Shown: piece by piece, positions 33,798-38,407 of the stretch
Numbering within the stretch: position 1 is the first letter of the stretch
Layout: every line of letters starts with the position of its first letter
IMG/VR virus record: IMGVR_UViG_3300031578_000150
Span: 1-38,407 of that record
Direction: 5' to 3' (one strand)
DNA length: 38,407 nt
DNA from: a virus
Lineage: Duplodnaviria > Caudoviricetes
Notes under the pieces: generated by a model
What the model was told of the DNA's origin: nothing
Seen by the model: only the letters and a program-made list of their open reading frames with translations
Databases searched by the model: none
Made by a program: the position numbers and the translations under genes

Positions 33798-35528
33798 ATG
33801 GGTGCCGTAAACTTCGGTGGTCGAACGCTGAAAATCCCCCAAGCCGCAGTTGACGCTATCTCAGGGTTCGGCTTGGCTGTTGTTCTGGGTGCCGTGAACA
33901 ACATCGTGGCTATCGGTGAATGCACGAAGGGGGCTCCGGCAAGTGTCGGATATTACCGCGTCAAGGGTTACGAGGAAGCCAAGCGCATCCTCGGCAGCGG
34001 CCCTCTCGTGGACGGACTGCGGAACCTCTACTATCCCGGCGGGGAGAAAAGGGGAGCCTCTGTCGTTTACGCGATGAGGGTAAACCCGGCCACGCAGTCA
34101 TCGACGACGCTCGTTGAGGCCGGGGACGACGACTCGATAGACCTGACTTCGGTGGATTACGGATTGCTGACGACAGGTATCCGCTACAAAGTCGAGGAGA
34201 GCACCAACGGCGGGGCTGACGCCAGCAAGCTCACCATCCACGACACGAACGACGATGTGTACGAAGTCGGGGATGACCTCGGCATCGCCTGCTCAATCAC
34301 CTACACGGGGGCGGGCGACCCGGCGACCCTGACCATTGCCAGCAATACCCTGACGACATCCTGCACCGGCGCGACCGAGGATAACTTAGATATTGACCTG
34401 ACGGCACCGGCATACAACACGATTCAGAAGCTCGTAAACGCCATCAACGACCACGCGAACTACACCTGCACGCTTTGGGCGTATTTGCCGACCACCTCGC
34501 GGACGCTGGCGAGCACCACGCTTGACGACCAGACGGCCATCAGCATCCTCACTGCAAAGTACCTGACCGCTTATCAGGCAATCGTTGTGGACTGGGTAAA
34601 TAACTACAGCGATTACGTCACCGCCGAAATCAACACCGCTCGGGATACGATTCTGAAGGTGGTAGGTTACACCTATCTCGCCGGCGGCATAGAGGGCGTC
34701 ACGACCACGACGCATTATGAGGATGCGCTGGCCCAGGTGAACAACGAGGATGTCCAGTTGGAGTGGGTTGATTCGACTTCGGCGGCCGTCTGGGCTGTTG
34801 TTGACGAGAACTGCATCACCTACAGGCGGGTCGGATTCACCGGCGTTGCTTACGGAACGGCGCTGGCGACCGTGGAAAACAACGCGACGGTCCTGAACTC
34901 CGACAGAATCGCCCATTGCTACCCTGGCTTCACGGCATACAACGACGCGGGTGTGGCGACGAACTACGGCAGCAACATGCTGGCCGCGAAAGTTTGCGGC
35001 GTCGCAGCCGGCCTGCCCGAGATGGAGCCCCTGACTCGGAAACTCGTCGGCAAAATCATCGAACTGGAGTACGCGCTGACCGAGGCCGAGCAAGAGGACT
35101 GCATTGACAACGGCGTTCTCGCTGTCGTGAAGAAACCCGGCGGAACCACCTACCGCGTCGTCCAGGGACTCTCGACGCTTCAGTTCGCCGGCCAGTGGAC
35201 GGAGACCGCCCAGACGCCGGAGATTTCGCTGCGGCGCACCCTCGACTACATCCTGCGTGACCAAATCCTCACGATGGACCAATACATCGGAACTCACACA
35301 GGCAAACTGGGGGCCTCAGAACTGTTTGAGACTCTGACCAGCTTCCTCAAAACCCAAGTGAGCCTTGGGCGTCTGGTCGAAGACTACGGGGACGACGAAC
35401 GCGACCCCGTTCCGGCCTTCACGGTGTCCAACATGCACCGTGTCGCGGACGCTTGGTACAACGACGAAAGCCTAAACCTACCGGGGCCGGTCAACTTCAT
35501 CCTGTCTAACGTACAGGTAAGTTCCTAG
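33798..35528 (+). CDS. Tail sheath protein
   Basis: VAIGECTKG, EAKRILGSGPL.D, AMRVNPATQS, YLAGG.EG, EPLTRK, RVVQGLST; SPO1/Twort-like sheath. Confidence 0.93.
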   Translation: MGAVNFGGRTLKIPQAAVDAISGFGLAVVLGAVNNIVAIGECTKGAPASVGYYRVKGYEEAKRILGSGPLVDGLRNLYYPGGEKRGASVVYAMRVNPATQSSTTLVEAGDDDSIDLTSVDYGLLTTGIRYKVEESTNGGADASKLTIHDTNDDVYEVGDDLGIACSITYTGAGDPATLTIASNTLTTSCTGATEDNLDIDLTAPAYNTIQKLVNAINDHANYTCTLWAYLPTTSRTLASTTLDDQTAISILTAKYLTAYQAIVVDWVNNYSDYVTAEINTARDTILKVVGYTYLAGGIEGVTTTTHYEDALAQVNNEDVQLEWVDSTSAAVWAVVDENCITYRRVGFTGVAYGTALATVENNATVLNSDRIAHCYPGFTAYNDAGVATNYGSNMLAAKVCGVAAGLPEMEPLTRKLVGKIIELEYALTEAEQEDCIDNGVLAVVKKPGGTTYRVVQGLSTLQFAGQWTETAQTPEISLRRTLDYILRDQILTMDQYIGTHTGKLGASELFETLTSFLKTQVSLGRLVEDYGDDERDPVPAFTVSNMHRVADAWYNDESLNLPGPVNFILSNVQVSS

Positions 35529-35555
35529 CCTCCGAGTTCAAATTAAGGAGGAGAG

Positions 35556-36026
35556 ATGGAGATTACGCCCCGATGGGATGGCAAAAACCCCACGATTGCC
35601 GCGCCGCATGTGATTCTCAAGCTCGGCGGCCGACCGATAGGCCGTGGGGCGACCTGCAATGTCTCGGTAGACCTCGGGATTCAACCAGTTCCCGAGATTG
35701 GCGAGCAGGGTCCGCAGGAGTTCATCCCGGCGGACTACCGATGCACGGCCGACCTCGAAATGGCGCGCATCTTCAACGAGCCGATTGACGACATGGTGGA
35801 TTCCGTCACCGGCCGGCCGATTTTCCCGGACCGCGAACAGGTACTCTACAGCGGTTACACGGACATTGGCCTTTACGCCAACGAGAAGGCTTACGGCGAG
35901 GAGAAGTCCATCGGAATCGTTCGGAGCGCGCGCGTCGGGCGCTGGAACATGCGCGTGTCACCGGGCAGCCTGGTCGGCATGAGCATGAACTTCTTCGCCC
36001 TGGGATTCTACAACGGCGAAGTCTAA
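35556..36026 (+). CDS. Tail tube protein
   Basis: Follows the sheath; IGR......D.G.QPV.EIG...PQE motif. Confidence 0.88.
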   Translation: MEITPRWDGKNPTIAAPHVILKLGGRPIGRGATCNVSVDLGIQPVPEIGEQGPQEFIPADYRCTADLEMARIFNEPIDDMVDSVTGRPIFPDREQVLYSGYTDIGLYANEKAYGEEKSIGIVRSARVGRWNMRVSPGSLVGMSMNFFALGFYNGEV

Positions 36027-36058
36027 GAGACAGAAAAAACAAAAAAAACAGGATTACC

Positions 36059-36778
36059 ATGAAAACCGAGACTTTCACTTTCACCTTTGAGGGGAATAGC
36101 TTCGAGGCCCGCGTTCTGACGTGGCGCGAGGAGACCGTGAGCCGCAAGACGCGGGCCTCGGAGTTGATGCACGGGCGCCTTCGTGATGTTCACTTCGTTT
36201 ACCAGAACATCGCCCTAATTAGGGCGACCTTGGAGTTTGCTGTCACAAAGTGGCCGCAGACGAACGATGGCGGACCGGGCAACTTCGACACCTACTTCGG
36301 CGGCTGGACCGTCGCGGATGACGCCAAGAACATCGTCATCGAGGTCAACGGCAAGACCTACACCTTCCGGCCTCTCTCCTGGTGGGAGGAGTTCGTGACC
36401 AAAGTGGCCTTCGCCGCCACGCTTGCCAGTGACGAGGGGGGAACCCTTGCCGACCTAGACCGGGAAGCAGAGGCAATCTTGGAGTGTCAGGCGCTTCTGG
36501 AACTGGCAGCCGTGAGCTGGCCGAAGGATTGCCAGGGCTTCCACGACTCGTTTTCTTCCCAGACGGAACTCCTGCATGTAACCAACGCATACCAGAAGGC
36601 CCTCCAAGATGTCGAAAACGTCCGCTGCAAACGGGATGACGCCCGTTCGGCGGAGCGCATGGCAGACCGGATAATCACCCTCTGGAAAGCCTACGAGGTG
36701 GGAGCCAAACCCTTTCGTCCCGACGAAAGCCTGGTATCGGGAGACGATGCCGGGGGAAGCCCGGAGCCTGGCGCATAG
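36059..36778 (+). CDS. Tail assembly chaperone (internally duplicated)
   Basis: Between tube and tape measure; two similar halves; ends near KPFR. Confidence 0.75.
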   Translation: MKTETFTFTFEGNSFEARVLTWREETVSRKTRASELMHGRLRDVHFVYQNIALIRATLEFAVTKWPQTNDGGPGNFDTYFGGWTVADDAKNIVIEVNGKTYTFRPLSWWEEFVTKVAFAATLASDEGGTLADLDREAEAILECQALLELAAVSWPKDCQGFHDSFSSQTELLHVTNAYQKALQDVENVRCKRDDARSAERMADRIITLWKAYEVGAKPFRPDESLVSGDDAGGSPEPGA

Positions 36779-37190
36779 CATCGAATACTGGTACAGGGAC
36801 AAGTACGGCTTCACGCGGGACGACCCAAAGTTTACGGCGACCTACACAGAGATGATAACCGAGTTTTACGCCGAGCAGGTCAAGCTCGGGGCCTGTTATT
36901 GCAAGGCATGTGGGACTTGGTTCAAAGGTGACTTCTGCCACGAGTGCGGCGCGCCGAATGAATGGAGGTCCAAGCCGAGGACCTGCCTGAACCCTGAGTG
37001 TAAGCACCAGCAGGTCTACGGCGTTTTCTGTGCCGAGTGTGGGATGCAGTTGCCCGAGCCGGAGGGCGGGTCGGAGAACATCCCCAGGCTGGACTTCGGA
37101 GTCGTTGACGCCCCGGTAATCGAGGAAGACGAGATTATCTCGTGGCGTAAGCAGGACGAGGGGGAGCCGGATGAGCCCGGACCCGTCTAG
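36747..37190 (+). CDS. Second tail chaperone ORF / frameshift extension with double zinc ribbon
   Basis: YWYRDKYGFTRDDPKF...T..E motif; CxxC clusters. Overlaps the upstream gene in the +1 frame. Confidence 0.7.
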   Translation: MPGEARSLAHSIEYWYRDKYGFTRDDPKFTATYTEMITEFYAEQVKLGACYCKACGTWFKGDFCHECGAPNEWRSKPRTCLNPECKHQQVYGVFCAECGMQLPEPEGGSENIPRLDFGVVDAPVIEEDEIISWRKQDEGEPDEPGPV

Positions 37191-38407
37191 TTTATTCGGC
37201 GGCAACCTTTCGCCTGAAGCGCGTGAGACCCTGGGGCAGCCCACCTCATTTGGAGGTGCGGCCCCAAACTTCTCACGGACTGCGAACGCTCCCGGAACGA
37301 GCGGCCAGGAATCGGCCACTCGAACTGTGGAGCGTTTAATTACCGATTACGAGAAGGTTGAGGCCAACGTGGCGACCGTTCGTGGGCGGTCGCTCAAGGA
37401 GGGCCTTAGCATTATAAAACAGCGCGTCCAGGCTGGAGTCCTGAAGCGTGATATTACGAACTTGGCGCGCAAGGTTGACACACAGGCAGACAAGGTAACG
37501 ACCTGGGACCAGATACGTTTTAACATCCCAAAAGAAGTGGAGGATGCCCCAGAAGCATATAAGGCCGCCTTTGAGGAACGCAAAAAGATGTTTGAGGAGA
37601 ACACGGGCGTTCTCGGCGCGACATCTCGCACAATCGAGCGGAGAACCAAGGAATCCGGGGAGATGGAGCGCACCTTGGGGCAGCGGGCATGGGACGCGAT
37701 AAAGAGGAGGGAGGACTTTTCTGTAGGTCAGCGGATGGGCCGTGGGGTGGGGATGGCTGGTGTCGCCGCCCTATCCGGGTCAGCCGCTGGTGTGTTCGGG
37801 GCAGCCGGCGGTCTGGCGGGTGGTGCTGTCCGGGCGGTAAGCATGGGATTGGCTGCCGCCACGCGCGAGGCTGCGACCCTGGGTGGTTCAATTCTCGGTG
37901 GTGTGCTCGGTGCTCTCGGTGGCGCCATCGTCGGCCTGCTGACGGCTGGGCCAGCCGGAGTCATCGCCGGTGCCGCAAAGGGTATCGGAATAGGCTCGGC
38001 GATTGGAGGTGAGGTCGGTGCCGGCATAGGTGAAATCGGCGCGACTGCAATCCAAGCCGCAGGCGGGGCCATCGCCGAGATGACCACGGCCGTTGCGACC
38101 ATGACCGGTGCCGCGATTGACGCGGCGGTTCCGGTCTATTACCAGTTCGAGAAGCAGCACACGCGGATGTCGGCCTTGCTTCGCGGTGGAATGCAACGCA
38201 CTCTCGGCCAGAATCTAATGTTCGGTTACAGCCACGGCCAGACAATGCAAATCATGGAGCAGTATGCCCGCGTGACGGGAACAACGGAGGGTAGCCAACA
38301 TGCGATGCGCTATTCCCGCATGTACGGCGTTGACCCCGAGAAGGCCATCGAGGTCGCCACAATCGCCCGCCGAGCCGGCGTGCTCCAAGGCTACCGTGGA
38401 ATCCTTC
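37171..38407 (+). CDS. Tape measure protein, N-terminal part (runs off the window; absent from the ORF track)
   Basis: ATG at 37171 follows GAGGGGGAG. The frame (MSPDPSSLFGGNL...) appears open to the end of the window, with a long Gly/Ala-rich hydrophobic stretch; position after the chaperones. Confidence 0.85.
   Translation, partial: MSPDPSSLFGGNLSPEARETLGQPTSFGGAAPNFSRTANAPGTSGQESATRTVERLITDYEKVEANVATVRGRSLKEGLSIIKQRVQAGVLKRDITNLARKVDTQADKVTTWDQIRFNIPKEVEDAPEAYKAAFEERKKMFEENTGVLGATSRTIERRTKESGEMERTLGQRAWDAIKRREDFSVGQRMGRGVGMAGVAALSGSAAGVFGAAGGLAGGAVRAVSMGLAAATREAATLGGSILGGVLGALGGAIVGLLTAGPAGVIAGAAKGIGIGSAIGGEVGAGIGEIGATAIQAAGGAIAEMTTAVATMTGAAIDAAVPVYYQFEKQHTRMSALLRGGMQRTLGQNLMFGYSHGQTMQIMEQYARVTGTTEGSQHAMRYSRMYGVDPEKAIEVATIARRAGVLQGYRGIL

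Noticed and set aside
15023-35297. Long minus-strand ORFs (e.g. 15023-16042, 18560-19834, 22462-23565, 26490-27455, 34386-35297)
   Set aside because: They are antisense shadows of well-supported high-GC plus-strand genes and carry no recognisable motifs.
36027-36058. A-rich run between tube and chaperone as a slippage or regulatory element
   Set aside because: It is intergenic and downstream of the tube stop codon; most simply an unstructured translation-enhancing leader.

Overview
This window is a 38.4-kb, entirely plus-strand slice of a GC-rich tailed phage with a contractile tail. Its head and tail module resembles SPO1/Twort-like myoviruses. Gene order: DNA methyltransferase remnants and morons; putative TerS; lambda-GpA-type TerL; an accessory island with a complete tmRNA gene and small repeat-bounded ORFs; portal; a ~13-kb block of probable head-cargo genes; prohead protease, scaffold and major capsid protein; decoration and neck genes; sheath, tube, tail chaperone(s) and the start of the tape measure gene. 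The most striking feature lies between the portal and protease genes. Nine otherwise unrelated proteins (including a SprT-like zincin, a polyvalent-type ADP-ribosyltransferase, a ParB-like protein and several unknowns) share a ~25-aa Arg/His-rich terminal tag, roughly RV+xHxRRTxxGKxxxV+EHxR. The tag is often fused to a more AT-rich payload and sometimes sits next to a putative prohead-protease site (hydrophobic-x-K|[ASG]). I infer a modular address-label system that loads swappable effectors into the capsid. Other notable elements are a family of GTGCGC-core repeats flanking terL in inverted orientation, an identical 35-bp promoter ahead of the portal and protease operons, and a candidate +1 frameshift in the tail chaperone. 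All functional calls come from motif recognition by eye; no database searches were run.
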